From a virus, in the IMG/VR virus record IMGVR_UViG_3300030329_003334, positions 1 through 64,000 of that record: a stretch of DNA of 64,000 nt; one strand, given 5' to 3'. A program made the translations under genes and the position numbers. Shown piece by piece: positions 51,525-60,145 of the stretch; the stretch's first letter is position 1, and each line of letters begins with the position of its first letter. The notes below the pieces were generated by a model. The model did not search any database, had not been told where the DNA came from, and saw nothing but the letters and a program-made list of their open reading frames with translations.

Positions 51525-51597
51525 AAAAGAGCGGGTAAGCGCTCTTTTGGTACTACGACTGATAAAACAAGTATTAGTTCTAGCTTACCCTAGAACT
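51525..51597 (-). ncRNA. Two-hairpin kissing-loop element overlapping a terminator-like hairpin
   Basis: Perfect 8-bp and 9-bp stems with complementary loops GGUAAG / CUUACC. Confidence 0.7.
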
Positions 51598-51723
51598 GTA
51601 AAAAGGAAAGAAAGAGAAATTGCATAACTGTATGTATATTACTAACGCAATATTTCATATACTATCTAGTTTTCTCTCTTTCTAACCTATTAATTAAAGG
51701 CAGAAATCATGACATAACGACCT

Positions 51724-51972
51724 TTAATCATTTTTATCTTCTTTAAATACTACAGTTTTAAATCTATCATCTTCTGGATTATTATCTGTATATTTATTTT
51801 TCCATTTATCTACCTCTGCAAAATATAGTTTTCTGAATTTATCTAATTCTTCTCGCGTATCTTTAATTTCTATTGATACTACAGAAAACGTTAACAACGA
51901 TCCAAGTATTGCTCCTCCTGCTATTGATATAGCTATTACCAGTAAAGGTACAAATATATTTGTATATTCCAT
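51724..51972 (-). CDS. Small membrane-anchored protein
   Basis: N-terminal hydrophobic helix plus coiled coil. Confidence 0.7.
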   Translation of the reverse strand: MEYTNIFVPLLVIAISIAGGAILGSLLTFSVVSIEIKDTREELDKFRKLYFAEVDKWKNKYTDNNPEDDRFKTVVFKEDKND

Positions 51973-52217
51973 TATTTCTTAAATTTAATATGTTTTATTT
52001 TTATTTTACTTATACAAGATTCAATTTTAATTATATCTATGTATCCATTTTTATCATAAGGAACATAGTCTAATCCTGTAATTTTATTAAACTTCTTCAT
52101 ATCATTATCTATTAGATTTAATATATACTTTTGAAAATCTATCATTTTCTGAAGTTCTTCTCTGAATTGTTTTTTAGTTATTTTATTCTTTTTTAACTTT
52201 TTAATTGTTTCTTTCAT
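51972..52217 (-). CDS. Hypothetical protein
   Basis: 81 aa, coupled to next gene. Confidence 0.6.
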   Translation of the reverse strand: MKETIKKLKKNKITKKQFREELQKMIDFQKYILNLIDNDMKKFNKITGLDYVPYDKNGYIDIIKIESCISKIKIKHIKFKK

Positions 52218-52234
52218 AATTTTAAATATTAAAT

Positions 52235-52365
52235 AAAAAAGAAGAGAGTCCAGCTGACCTGAGTAACGTTGTTGTACCCTTCAGGAATAAACCACTATAG
52301 TGTTTCGTTTAATTTATTCTCTGGGGAATCTATTTCCAGTACTTCTGAGGTATGAAACTCTCTTC
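52235..52365 (-). ncRNA. Multibranch structured element downstream of polA
   Basis: GAAGAGAGU/ACUCUCUUC closing stem + U6; inner CUGG/CCAG, GAAUAAA/UUUAUUC, CCUGA/UCAGG arms. Confidence 0.65.
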
Positions 52366-52377
52366 TATTTATATTAT

Positions 52378-54276
52378 TTATTTACACCATTTATCTGATA
52401 TATTTTCATCTACAACCATATCAACGTCTTTGCAGATAACTTTACCTGCTGCTAACATTAATTTTTCTTGCTGACTTACCCAATGATCTACATAATCTTC
52501 TCTTACTTCACAAGTTATTTCATCATGTACTTGTGAAACTATTCTAACTTTATCATGTAAATTATTCATTATAATATAATCAGCAATCCAGGCTAATGCT
52601 TGTTTTATCATATCAGCTCCTGATCCTTGAATCGGTGTATTTTTAGATGCTCGTTCAATTTCGCCTAATCTTTGAAATTTATGAGAATTTGGCATAGTGT
52701 CTAAATCTTTATGATCTTCAAACCATCTAATCCTTCTATAAGGCTTAAATGTTTTAATATATCCATATTTTTTCCCATAATTACCTAATGAATTAAGAAA
52801 CTTTTTAATTTTAGGCAAAGACTCAAAATATTTATCAATAAAATGTTTAGCATCTGTCTGTGGTATATCTAAAGTATCTGCTAATTTCATATATGACATG
52901 CCATAAGCTAAACCAAAATTAATAGTTTTGGCTACATCTCTGTAAGATTTACCTCTTAAAAAATCAGGTTTATTTTTAACTTTATTTATATCTATATCAA
53001 ATACTAAAGCAGCTACTTTACCGTGAACATCTTCTCCTTTATTAAATGCAGTTAACCACATAGGGTCCTTCGATCCCTCAGCAATTAATCTTAACTCCTG
53101 GCCTGAATAATCCATAGTAACTAATTTCCATCCTTCTTCAGCATGAAAACAGTTTCTATATTTATCATCAGCTGGTATATTTTGCATATTAGGATAACTC
53201 TGATATGAATATTTACCTTTTTGCCCAGAAGACACACGACCTGTATTTAATATTTGCCAAAATACAGTATGTATTTTTTGACTACTTTTATTTAAATATT
53301 TAATAAATTCTTTACCATATGTAGTTCTTAATTTAGCTTTCTTTCTATAATCTATTATAGTTTTAATAAGAATATGCTGCTTCTGCCTTTTAAATAATTC
53401 TAACATATTAGTGTTCTGTAAACTAGGATCCAGGGTTTGTAATACTTTAGTTACCTGTGACGGGGACGACCATTTAATACCTACCTCCCTTCCTTTTTTA
53501 CCAAACATATCTAATTGAATACCAGGTAGTTTGAATTTTTCTAACTCTTTTGTAGATAGTACTATATTATCTAGTTCAGTCTCTAATTCTTGTGAAGTAT
53601 CTTCGGCATTCTTTGCTAGCTCCAGCCACCTGTCTTTATCAAAACACATACCATTCCATTCTATTTCAGCAAATGCTCTTAAGGCCCCATTTTCTAAATC
53701 TAAAACGTTCTTCAGATCTAAATTATTAATTGATTCCATTTGTTTCTCTCTTATAGGTATCAAATATTCTACATCTTTAGCACCATATATAATTTGATTT
53801 TCTGTAAATGGTTCACCTTTTTTTATTTTACTAAACTCTCCTCTAGTATCCTTTTCCATTTCTACTCCCATGTACCTAAGCAATACTTTATCTAATCCAT
53901 ATCCATATCCTCTTTTTCCACAGTTTAAGACTACCTCTGCTAACATAGTATCATATATACCATTCAATCTAAATCCAAAACTACTTAAAATAAATTTATA
54001 ATCAAATTTTAAATTATGGCCTAATTTGATCCATCTATCGTCTTCAAATAAAGGGCGTAATATACTTATATCAATATCTCTAGTATCTATAACGAACTGC
54101 ACATTCTCATCTCCAATTTGAAGCATAATAACTTTATTTTTATGCCAGTCTACTCCATCAGTTTCAGTATCTATAGCTACAAAAGTTTTATAATTAAAAT
54201 AATCTATTACATCATTTAATGTAGCTGTTTCTAAATTATTAAAAACTGTTTGTTTATTACTTATATATTTAATCAT
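52378..54276 (-). CDS. polA: Family A DNA polymerase with 3'-5' exonuclease
   Basis: DTET, HNLKFD; motif A DYSGQELR, B RDVAKTINFGLAYG, C VHDE. Confidence 0.95.
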   Translation of the reverse strand: MIKYISNKQTVFNNLETATLNDVIDYFNYKTFVAIDTETDGVDWHKNKVIMLQIGDENVQFVIDTRDIDISILRPLFEDDRWIKLGHNLKFDYKFILSSFGFRLNGIYDTMLAEVVLNCGKRGYGYGLDKVLLRYMGVEMEKDTRGEFSKIKKGEPFTENQIIYGAKDVEYLIPIREKQMESINNLDLKNVLDLENGALRAFAEIEWNGMCFDKDRWLELAKNAEDTSQELETELDNIVLSTKELEKFKLPGIQLDMFGKKGREVGIKWSSPSQVTKVLQTLDPSLQNTNMLELFKRQKQHILIKTIIDYRKKAKLRTTYGKEFIKYLNKSSQKIHTVFWQILNTGRVSSGQKGKYSYQSYPNMQNIPADDKYRNCFHAEEGWKLVTMDYSGQELRLIAEGSKDPMWLTAFNKGEDVHGKVAALVFDIDINKVKNKPDFLRGKSYRDVAKTINFGLAYGMSYMKLADTLDIPQTDAKHFIDKYFESLPKIKKFLNSLGNYGKKYGYIKTFKPYRRIRWFEDHKDLDTMPNSHKFQRLGEIERASKNTPIQGSGADMIKQALAWIADYIIMNNLHDKVRIVSQVHDEITCEVREDYVDHWVSQQEKLMLAAGKVICKDVDMVVDENISDKWCK

Positions 54277-54829
54277 CTTTTAATTCTTCTTTACAATCAT
54301 CACACATATTATAAGCTTTCTTTAAAAGCCCAACAAATCTACCACTCATGCTTTTAGCATCTTCACCTTCTATAATAAGGTCATCTCTAGGAATTAAACT
54401 AAGATTATTATTTTCTTCTTTTATTTCAAAACTCATTGCTGCCATATTTTCTCCTAAAAATTCAAACCATAAATTCAATAATTCTATTCTTTCTTCATGC
54501 TGAGAAGGCCTCATCTGCATTGCTTCTTCTTTAGTTAAATTTTCTGTTATTTCTCTAGGTAATGCCCAAGCTTCAGATGCAAAACAAATAATATTAGTTT
54601 CAGCTGTTCTGATCATATCTAACATTATTTCTAATACTGCGTCCTTACCATTTTGACTTTCGAATCCTTCCATAGGTAATCCAAATTTCTTTCTATAACC
54701 ATCTTTAGATAATAAAAATAAAGCTGGAGATAATCTTAAATTTTCATTTAAATATAAATTAGTAACAAACTTTAATGTAGCTAATTTAAAATCATTAATT
54801 TCTTCTTTAGTTGGTTTTTCAATTGACAT
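54269..54829 (-). CDS. Hypothetical protein
   Basis: 186 aa; SEAW...RPSQHEERIE motif. Confidence 0.7.
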   Translation of the reverse strand: MSIEKPTKEEINDFKLATLKFVTNLYLNENLRLSPALFLLSKDGYRKKFGLPMEGFESQNGKDAVLEIMLDMIRTAETNIICFASEAWALPREITENLTKEEAMQMRPSQHEERIELLNLWFEFLGENMAAMSFEIKEENNNLSLIPRDDLIIEGEDAKSMSGRFVGLLKKAYNMCDDCKEELKDD

Positions 54830-54856
54830 AATAATATAATTTATTGGTTAATACTT

Positions 54857-54967
54857 AAAAAAATACCTCAACTCTAATAGGATCCATGATCTAGATAAAA
54901 ACGGAAACTATAAAAATCTAGGTATAGTTCTTCAATGTATAAACTATACAATCCTATTAAAGTGAGG
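54857..54967 (-). ncRNA. Three-way-junction structured element + U7
   Basis: CCUCA..UAAUAGGAU / AUCCUAUUA..UGAGG; inner GUAUAGUU/AACUAUAC and CUAGAU/AUCUAG. Confidence 0.65.
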
Positions 54968-54978
54968 GTGAAATATTT

Positions 54979-55272
54979 TTAATCTTCAGTCTCGTCAGGT
55001 GGCGTGTCTTCTGATTGTTGTTGTGCGGCTTCTATATATTTTATGGTTTGATTTACCATATCTTCTTCATGACCTTTAAATTCTTTGTAATAAGTTCCCA
55101 TTAATTTACTTGGCCATATATGTTTACCTTTAAGTTTTTGTTTTTCTATTGTTTTAATTAACTTACGTCTAGCTTTATACTCTTCATAAGTTTCTCCTTC
55201 TAATCTATATGATGCACTAGAAAATTTAAATTCTTTTTCTACAGATCTATCTTCTTTTTTATCTTTAGCCAT
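54979..55272 (-). CDS. Hypothetical protein (likely start MAKDKK)
   Basis: RLEGETYEEYKARR motif; start abuts upstream stop. Confidence 0.65.
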   Translation of the reverse strand: MAKDKKEDRSVEKEFKFSSASYRLEGETYEEYKARRKLIKTIEKQKLKGKHIWPSKLMGTYYKEFKGHEEDMVNQTIKYIEAAQQQSEDTPPDETED

Positions 55273-55568
55273 TATTTTGTTTTTAAAACATCTAATAAAT
55301 AACATTCAGAATCATTATGTAAATAATTATATATATCTATTATTTTATATTTACCTCTTTCATTAAATGTTATAGTATTACCTATAGATAGCACAGGGCC
55401 TCCTTCATACGCTATTTCTATTATTTTTCCTTCTTCTTTATCATCATATTTTATGGATGAAGTTGGATCATCAGAATAAATAATTATTCCTCCTTCGTCT
55501 TCAGGTAAAAACTTAAATGTACGTCTTTGTTTGTCTTTATTTAATATATTTATTACTCTTCTCTTCAT
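55272..55568 (-). CDS. Hypothetical protein (likely start MKRRV)
   Basis: ATG just downstream of a predicted promoter. Confidence 0.6.
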   Translation of the reverse strand: MKRRVINILNKDKQRRTFKFLPEDEGGIIIYSDDPTSSIKYDDKEEGKIIEIAYEGGPVLSIGNTITFNERGKYKIIDIYNYLHNDSECYLLDVLKTK

Positions 55569-55576
55569 ATTAAATG

Positions 55577-55608
55577 CAAACATACAAAAAATAATATACA
55601 TTAGCAAC
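55577..55608 (-). promoter_or_regulatory. Bacteroidota sigma70 promoter facing the replication module
   Basis: On - strand GTTG-N20-TATGTTTG(CA), in the gap 55569-55610. Confidence 0.65.
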
Positions 55609-55610
55609 TA

Positions 55611-55844
55611 TTACATATTTTTTTTCAACATAATAGTGTGTATATCATGGCATCTTCTGTTAGTTTTAAATGGAGATTTCATTGTATTATAAGATTCAAA
55701 TTTATATAAAGGTACACTTAATTCTATTTCTCCACTATATTTAAAATAGTTATCAAAATTAATTACAGTACTTTTATATAATTCATTTAATCTTTGTTCT
55801 GTTTTTTGTTCTTCTATAAAATTTTTTATTATATCTTCGTCCAT
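55611..55844 (-). CDS. Hypothetical protein
   Basis: 77 aa. Confidence 0.6.
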   Translation of the reverse strand: MDEDIIKNFIEEQKTEQRLNELYKSTVINFDNYFKYSGEIELSVPLYKFESYNTMKSPFKTNRRCHDIHTIMLKKNM

Positions 55845-56014
55845 AAGTCTTCTTCTTTTAAATTATATTTTTTCATTAAGTTTATTAATTTTCTCTTTAA
55901 TGTACTTTTTTTAGCACTTGGAACATCAAACGGACTATCCATTACAACTCTTTTCATTCTAGTTATTGTTTTAGATAGATTTTTACAAATTTCTATTGCA
56001 GATTCTTTTGACAT
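55829..56014 (-). CDS. Hypothetical protein
   Basis: 61 aa. Confidence 0.6.
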   Translation of the reverse strand: MSKESAIEICKNLSKTITRMKRVVMDSPFDVPSAKKSTLKRKLINLMKKYNLKEEDLWTKI

Positions 56015-56035
56015 AATTATTTGGTTTTAGTTAAT

Positions 56036-56091
56036 AAAAAAAGAACGGAGCTACAAATTGGCTAGTCGTAATACTTGTAATACTCCGTTCT
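56036..56091 (-). terminator. Extended terminator-like hairpin
   Basis: AGAACGGAG/CUCCGUUCU + U tract; inner UACAA/UUGUA. Confidence 0.7.
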
Positions 56092-56119
56092 CTCTCCTCG
56101 TACAACACACAACAAGAAA

Positions 56120-56599
56120 TCATTTAAAGACTTTATTAAATTTATCAGAACAATCTTCTAATTCATTATCTATAATATCTCTTATTCTCATTAATATAGA
56201 AATTAAAGAATTGTCTGTTAAATCTTTTAAATTTATATTAAAATTAGATAGCTTAATCTTTTCATCTTTATATTTGTCTTTCTTATTAATATATTTATCT
56301 ATTTGTTTAAGTTTATCTACAAAATCACTAGGATTATCTACATCAGCTAAAGATTTTAATAATCCATCAGCATTAGAAGAATATTCATCCTTATTATTAT
56401 CAGGTAACTTAATTTCTACATTAATAGATATTTTATTAATACTAGAATTCTTATCCATATTAATAATAGCTTCACATGCATTATTAATAGTTTCCTTATA
56501 GTTTCTAAATTTATCACAAAGTTCTACTATATTCTTTGTTTGATTAAACTTAGCTTTTACTATATCATAATTTTTAACTGTATCTTTTTTACTAGCCAT
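56120..56599 (-). CDS. Hypothetical protein
   Basis: 159 aa. Confidence 0.65.
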   Translation of the reverse strand: MASKKDTVKNYDIVKAKFNQTKNIVELCDKFRNYKETINNACEAIINMDKNSSINKISINVEIKLPDNNKDEYSSNADGLLKSLADVDNPSDFVDKLKQIDKYINKKDKYKDEKIKLSNFNINLKDLTDNSLISILMRIRDIIDNELEDCSDKFNKVFK

Positions 56600-56626
56600 A
56601 ATATTTATTTTTATACATTTATAATA

Positions 56627-57022
56627 TTAGAAATCATTCTTTTTCTCACTTAAATGAGATTCAAAACCTTCTCTATCAACACCATATGCTTGATAGCTGT
56701 TTTCTTTTCCATATGCTCTTTCAAGTATATTTTCGAATAATGCTTTAGTTATTTCAGGTGGAGGTAAATGGTGTGCCATTTGTTCTGTCATTCTATGTAC
56801 AGTATTTGCATTACCAAATGCCATGCCTAAAACTAATATATCATTAGCATTTTTTGGATTAACTTTTTTAATTATTTTTTCTATAAGTAAAGATTTACTA
56901 ATATCTCCTTCTTTTGCACCTATTTCATGCATAAATTTAGGTATATCCATAGGATCTAAATTAGTAGGAACAGCTTTTGAGAAATGTTTTTCTTCATGGT
57001 CAAAATTAAATTTTATTTCCAT
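56627..57022 (-). CDS. Hypothetical protein
   Basis: 131 aa. Confidence 0.65.
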   Translation of the reverse strand: MEIKFNFDHEEKHFSKAVPTNLDPMDIPKFMHEIGAKEGDISKSLLIEKIIKKVNPKNANDILVLGMAFGNANTVHRMTEQMAHHLPPPEITKALFENILERAYGKENSYQAYGVDREGFESHLSEKKNDF

Positions 57023-57575
57023 CTTTCTTGTTTTTGTTGTTAATATTTATTTCTTCTATCATACTACATATATTTTCATATTCAGAACTATCTATCATAC
57101 TATCTTCAGATTTCTCTAAAGTCATTTCAAAATTATTTATAATAATATGACCATGTCCTTTAAATATAGAATAGATATTTTCACCAGGTAATATAACATA
57201 TGTTGCTGTATGAACTAATTCATCTTTTATCTTATACGGAATTACTTCTCTTGTAACTATATCACCAGCTATTTTTGTTCCAATATAATTAAGTGCTTTA
57301 TCAGGTGGTACTCTTTTCCAAACAGGAATGCCTATACTATTTCTAGACTGAAACATTAATCTAGATCTAACTAATCCAAAAGGACAATTAACGCTAACAA
57401 AATCTATTAAATAATACTCAACTGGTTCTTGATCAGTTTCTTTTGTTATATTAATATATCCTTTTATACCATTAGAACTTTTTATTCTAATGGCTTTAGG
57501 ATTATCAGATAATCTAACACCAACTATTTCAATCTCTCTGTCTTCTTTTATAAATTCTACTTCAGTCATCACCAT
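57006..57575 (-). CDS. Hypothetical phage protein
   Basis: 189 aa; GDIVTREVIPY...YVILPGE. Confidence 0.65.
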   Translation of the reverse strand: MVMTEVEFIKEDREIEIVGVRLSDNPKAIRIKSSNGIKGYINITKETDQEPVEYYLIDFVSVNCPFGLVRSRLMFQSRNSIGIPVWKRVPPDKALNYIGTKIAGDIVTREVIPYKIKDELVHTATYVILPGENIYSIFKGHGHIIINNFEMTLEKSEDSMIDSSEYENICSMIEEININNKNKKDGNKI

Positions 57576-57759
57576 ATGCTTTAATTAATTTTAAAAGTTG
57601 CTCTGCTACATCTCCATTAAATTCTGCATTCTTTCTGATCCAATCTCTGTTTTCTTGTATACACTTTAATAATAACTCTTGATTCTGTATAATTATTTGT
57701 AAATATTCTCCAATAATATAATCTTTATCAGAGGTTTTCTGTTGTGTTGTTTTGCTCAT
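57562..57759 (-). CDS. Hypothetical protein
   Basis: 65 aa, overlapping chain. Confidence 0.55.
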   Translation of the reverse strand: MSKTTQQKTSDKDYIIGEYLQIIIQNQELLLKCIQENRDWIRKNAEFNGDVAEQLLKLIKAYGDD

Positions 57760-57937
57760 TTTTCAATAGTTTTTTATAATCATTAATATAGTCTAATAAG
57801 TGTTTTGCATATGTAGTATAATACATTGCGCCTTCAAAGTGAAATCTCACTTGTTCATCTTCTATTGCGGCTTCATACGCTTCTCTTAAACTTTTTTCTT
57901 TTTCCACCAATATACTTACTAATTTCATTTTTGCCAT
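57728..57937 (-). CDS. Hypothetical protein
   Basis: 69 aa; FHFEG...YAKHLLDY. Confidence 0.65.
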   Translation of the reverse strand: MAKMKLVSILVEKEKSLREAYEAAIEDEQVRFHFEGAMYYTTYAKHLLDYINDYKKLLKNEQNNTTENL

Positions 57938-57939
57938 AT

Positions 57940-58242
57940 CTATTCTTTTTTAATTACTCTATCAAATTTATACCTACCCCAAAAGTTTTTCCTAAATATA
58001 ATTAAATCATCTATTTTAATCAATGCAAATTCTCCAAATGTACAATAATAGGTATCACCATTTTCTAATGCAATTGCATAATTTGTATAAGGTTCTTCTA
58101 TTATCTTATCTATAACTTTGAGTGTAATTTCTTTATTATATTTAAAATCATTAGCCATTGTTTGGCTATAACTATTATGACTTAGTAACATAAAAACAGT
58201 ACTAATCAAAGATAGCATTATTATTTTTATTATTGCTTTCAT
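57940..58242 (-). CDS. Secreted hypothetical protein
   Basis: Bacteroidota-type signal peptide ending SYS-Q. Confidence 0.65.
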   Translation of the reverse strand: MKAIIKIIMLSLISTVFMLLSHNSYSQTMANDFKYNKEITLKVIDKIIEEPYTNYAIALENGDTYYCTFGEFALIKIDDLIIFRKNFWGRYKFDRVIKKE

Positions 58243-58263
58243 TTTAAATTCATTTAATTGTTA

Positions 58264-58683
58264 TTATTTTACCCATTCTCCTTCTTTTATATCTTTCATC
58301 TCTTTAGATATTAATCTAATTTTATTAGATCTAATTACAGACATTAATGTTTTCTTTAACTCATACATCTTATTTTCTATATCTTCATAGAACTTTGGAG
58401 ATGATTTCACTACATCAAAAATGTGAATATAATATCTACATTTAAGATCATAATTACCAACATGGTAATTTCTAGAACTTATATCTATATTCTTTTGATT
58501 ATAAGATTTTAAATTTACTTTTTGAATAAATTTGTATACATCTTTACTTATTTGTAAAGTATATAGTATTTCCATAGCTCCATCTAATAATAATTTATAT
58601 CTATATCCTTTATTTCTAATAGTAAACAAATCCTGCGTTATATTTTCTTGAAATATAACTGGCTTTTTAGTTTCCTTTTCCAT
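58264..58683 (-). CDS. Hypothetical protein
   Basis: 139 aa. Confidence 0.6.
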   Translation of the reverse strand: MEKETKKPVIFQENITQDLFTIRNKGYRYKLLLDGAMEILYTLQISKDVYKFIQKVNLKSYNQKNIDISSRNYHVGNYDLKCRYYIHIFDVVKSSPKFYEDIENKMYELKKTLMSVIRSNKIRLISKEMKDIKEGEWVK

Positions 58684-58954
58684 TATTAAATAGTTTAATT
58701 ATAATTTCTGTTAATATATCTATTTTTCCTTCTAATATTTTTATATCTGTTGTAGCTTTATGTCTTTCATTAAGCAATTCATTCTTAGTTGCTTCTAACT
58801 CTTTTTGTACATCTATTGTACATGCATTACCTCTTGCTGATGGATAATTTTGTATCATTTCTAATACATCTTCATAGTTTAATATGTCATAATCAGCTTG
58901 GCCAGCACCATCATGACCTATTTGTATTGAATTTAATATATCTTCTGCTTTCAT
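58667..58954 (-). CDS. Hypothetical coiled-coil protein
   Basis: 95 aa. Confidence 0.6.
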   Translation of the reverse strand: MKAEDILNSIQIGHDGAGQADYDILNYEDVLEMIQNYPSARGNACTIDVQKELEATKNELLNERHKATTDIKILEGKIDILTEIIIKLFNNGKGN

Positions 58955-58972
58955 ATCTTTATATTTTAAGTA

Positions 58973-59188
58973 TTATTTAACTTTACATTTATTCTCATCA
59001 ACACACTTTTCATCCTCTTCTAAATCCCATATAACTACCATGCCATCTCCTCCTTCACTATCCCAAGTATCTGGATGGTTATCTCTTATTTTCTCTGCTT
59101 CTTCCATTGTATCTACATTTGCTATGAAATATGTACTAACTCCACAACACATACATCCTATTTGCTGTACTAAATATCTTTTCTTCAT
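58973..59188 (-). CDS. Hypothetical protein (GCxxCGV motif)
   Basis: 71 aa. Confidence 0.65.
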   Translation of the reverse strand: MKKRYLVQQIGCMCCGVSTYFIANVDTMEEAEKIRDNHPDTWDSEGGDGMVVIWDLEEDEKCVDENKCKVK

Positions 59189-59206
59189 CTTTTTATATTT
59201 TAAATG

Positions 59207-59338
59207 TTAATATAAACTGTAAAATCCTGATAAATATAAAATGAGAAGAAATATTGATGTTCCTAATACAGATCCCCAAAATCCAACCCAAATTACTATT
59301 CCTAATAATTCTAATATTATTTTTAATATATCTTTCAT
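59207..59338 (-). CDS. Small membrane protein, 43 aa (not in ORF track)
   Basis: MKDILKIILELLGIVIWVGFWGSVLGTSIFLLILYLSGFYSLY; AGAAATTATG start context. Confidence 0.65.
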   Translation of the reverse strand: MKDILKIILELLGIVIWVGFWGSVLGTSIFLLILYLSGFYSLY

Positions 59339-59367
59339 AATTTCTTTTTTAAATAAATTGATAAAAT

Positions 59368-59580
59368 TCGCCTTGGGACTACCTCTATTCGCTAGAATAG
59401 AAGTAGCGTGCTCGTCAGCACTATTTCTGAGTCGCTAAACTCAACCCGATTATACTCCATAAAAGAGAATAACCCACATATCGGACTTCAATGTGTTTAT
59501 TAATGAGCCTATATATAAGGACTCATCCTTAGAGATGCACATGAGGCTTAGCATAAAGCTTTGAACCGTTCGCATCGTTT
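59368..59580 (-). ncRNA. ~210-nt multi-hairpin structured RNA candidate
   Basis: GC-richer intergenic gap with at least six hairpins, including 12-bp CUACUUCUAUUC/GAAUAGAGGUAG. Confidence 0.6.
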
Positions 59581-59585
59581 GTTTA

Positions 59586-59852
59586 TTACCTATAAGCTGG
59601 GCAATTTTGCGCTGCTTGCCAACTAAATCCTCCACAAGAAGATTGAGTTGACATACAAGATGAGAATAAAAACATACATATAATAGCTATTGCTATTGAT
59701 GTAAGTATTCCATATCCTAATCCTTTTTCTATTCTCTTGTGTTTTATATCTCTATCTATTCTTTCATAGTTAGCCCTCATTACTTCTGGATCTGATTTAT
59801 AAGGACTAATCTTCTGTCCTTTACTATTTACCATATATTTTATTTCTGCCAT
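59586..59852 (-). CDS. Membrane/lipoprotein-like small protein
   Basis: Hydrophobic helix ending FLFSSC (lipobox-like), Cys-containing tail. Confidence 0.65.
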   Translation of the reverse strand: MAEIKYMVNSKGQKISPYKSDPEVMRANYERIDRDIKHKRIEKGLGYGILTSIAIAIICMFLFSSCMSTQSSCGGFSWQAAQNCPAYR

Positions 59853-59869
59853 GATTTCTAATTTTTTAA

Positions 59870-59947
59870 TTAATAACTATCTCTTTCTTTTGAAGAAGGT
59901 AATAGAACTATTGCTAGTCCTATCACCACTAATATTTTGAATAACAT
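59870..59947 (-). CDS. Membrane peptide, 25 aa (not in ORF track)
   Basis: MLFKILVVIGLAIVLLPSSKERDSY fills the gap. Confidence 0.5.
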   Translation of the reverse strand: MLFKILVVIGLAIVLLPSSKERDSY

Positions 59948-59959
59948 TATAAATTCCCT

Positions 59960-60109
59960 TTACAACTTAGTAGGGATAGAATGCATTCCTATACCTATTA
60001 TACAAAATGGTAAAATGATAACTAAACCATTATGACTTTCATAACCAATACCAAATGCAAATAGTTTTTCAAAACTTGCTTTAAGAACGAACTTTTTTCT
60101 AATTTCCAT
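59960..60109 (-). CDS. Small protein, 49 aa (not in ORF track)
   Basis: MEIRKKFVLK...LVIILPFCIIGIG; AGAAATCATG start context. Confidence 0.6.
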   Translation of the reverse strand: MEIRKKFVLKASFEKLFAFGIGYESHNGLVIILPFCIIGIGMHSIPTKL

Positions 60110-60145
60110 GATTTCTAATTTAAAGTTAATACTGTTAATTGTGTG

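Noticed and set aside
22505-54276. Introns or inteins in RNAP, helicases or PolA
   Set aside because: ORFs are continuous, with no Hint-type termini or homing-endonuclease motifs seen
56058-57119. Antisense ORFs here and elsewhere (e.g. 11713-12003, 20811-21134, 34330-34626, 45818-46066, 53531-53797, 59241-59438)
   Set aside because: Shadows of real genes on the opposite strand, with biased composition and no start context
59368-59450. Hammerhead ribozyme or tRNA
   Set aside because: CUGACGA is present but lies in a hairpin loop without correctly placed GAAA and stems; no T-loop or anticodon arm geometry
59450-59635. 61-aa ORF on - strand
   Set aside because: Overlaps the lipoprotein-like gene and runs through the hairpin-dense region; an RNA element explains it better
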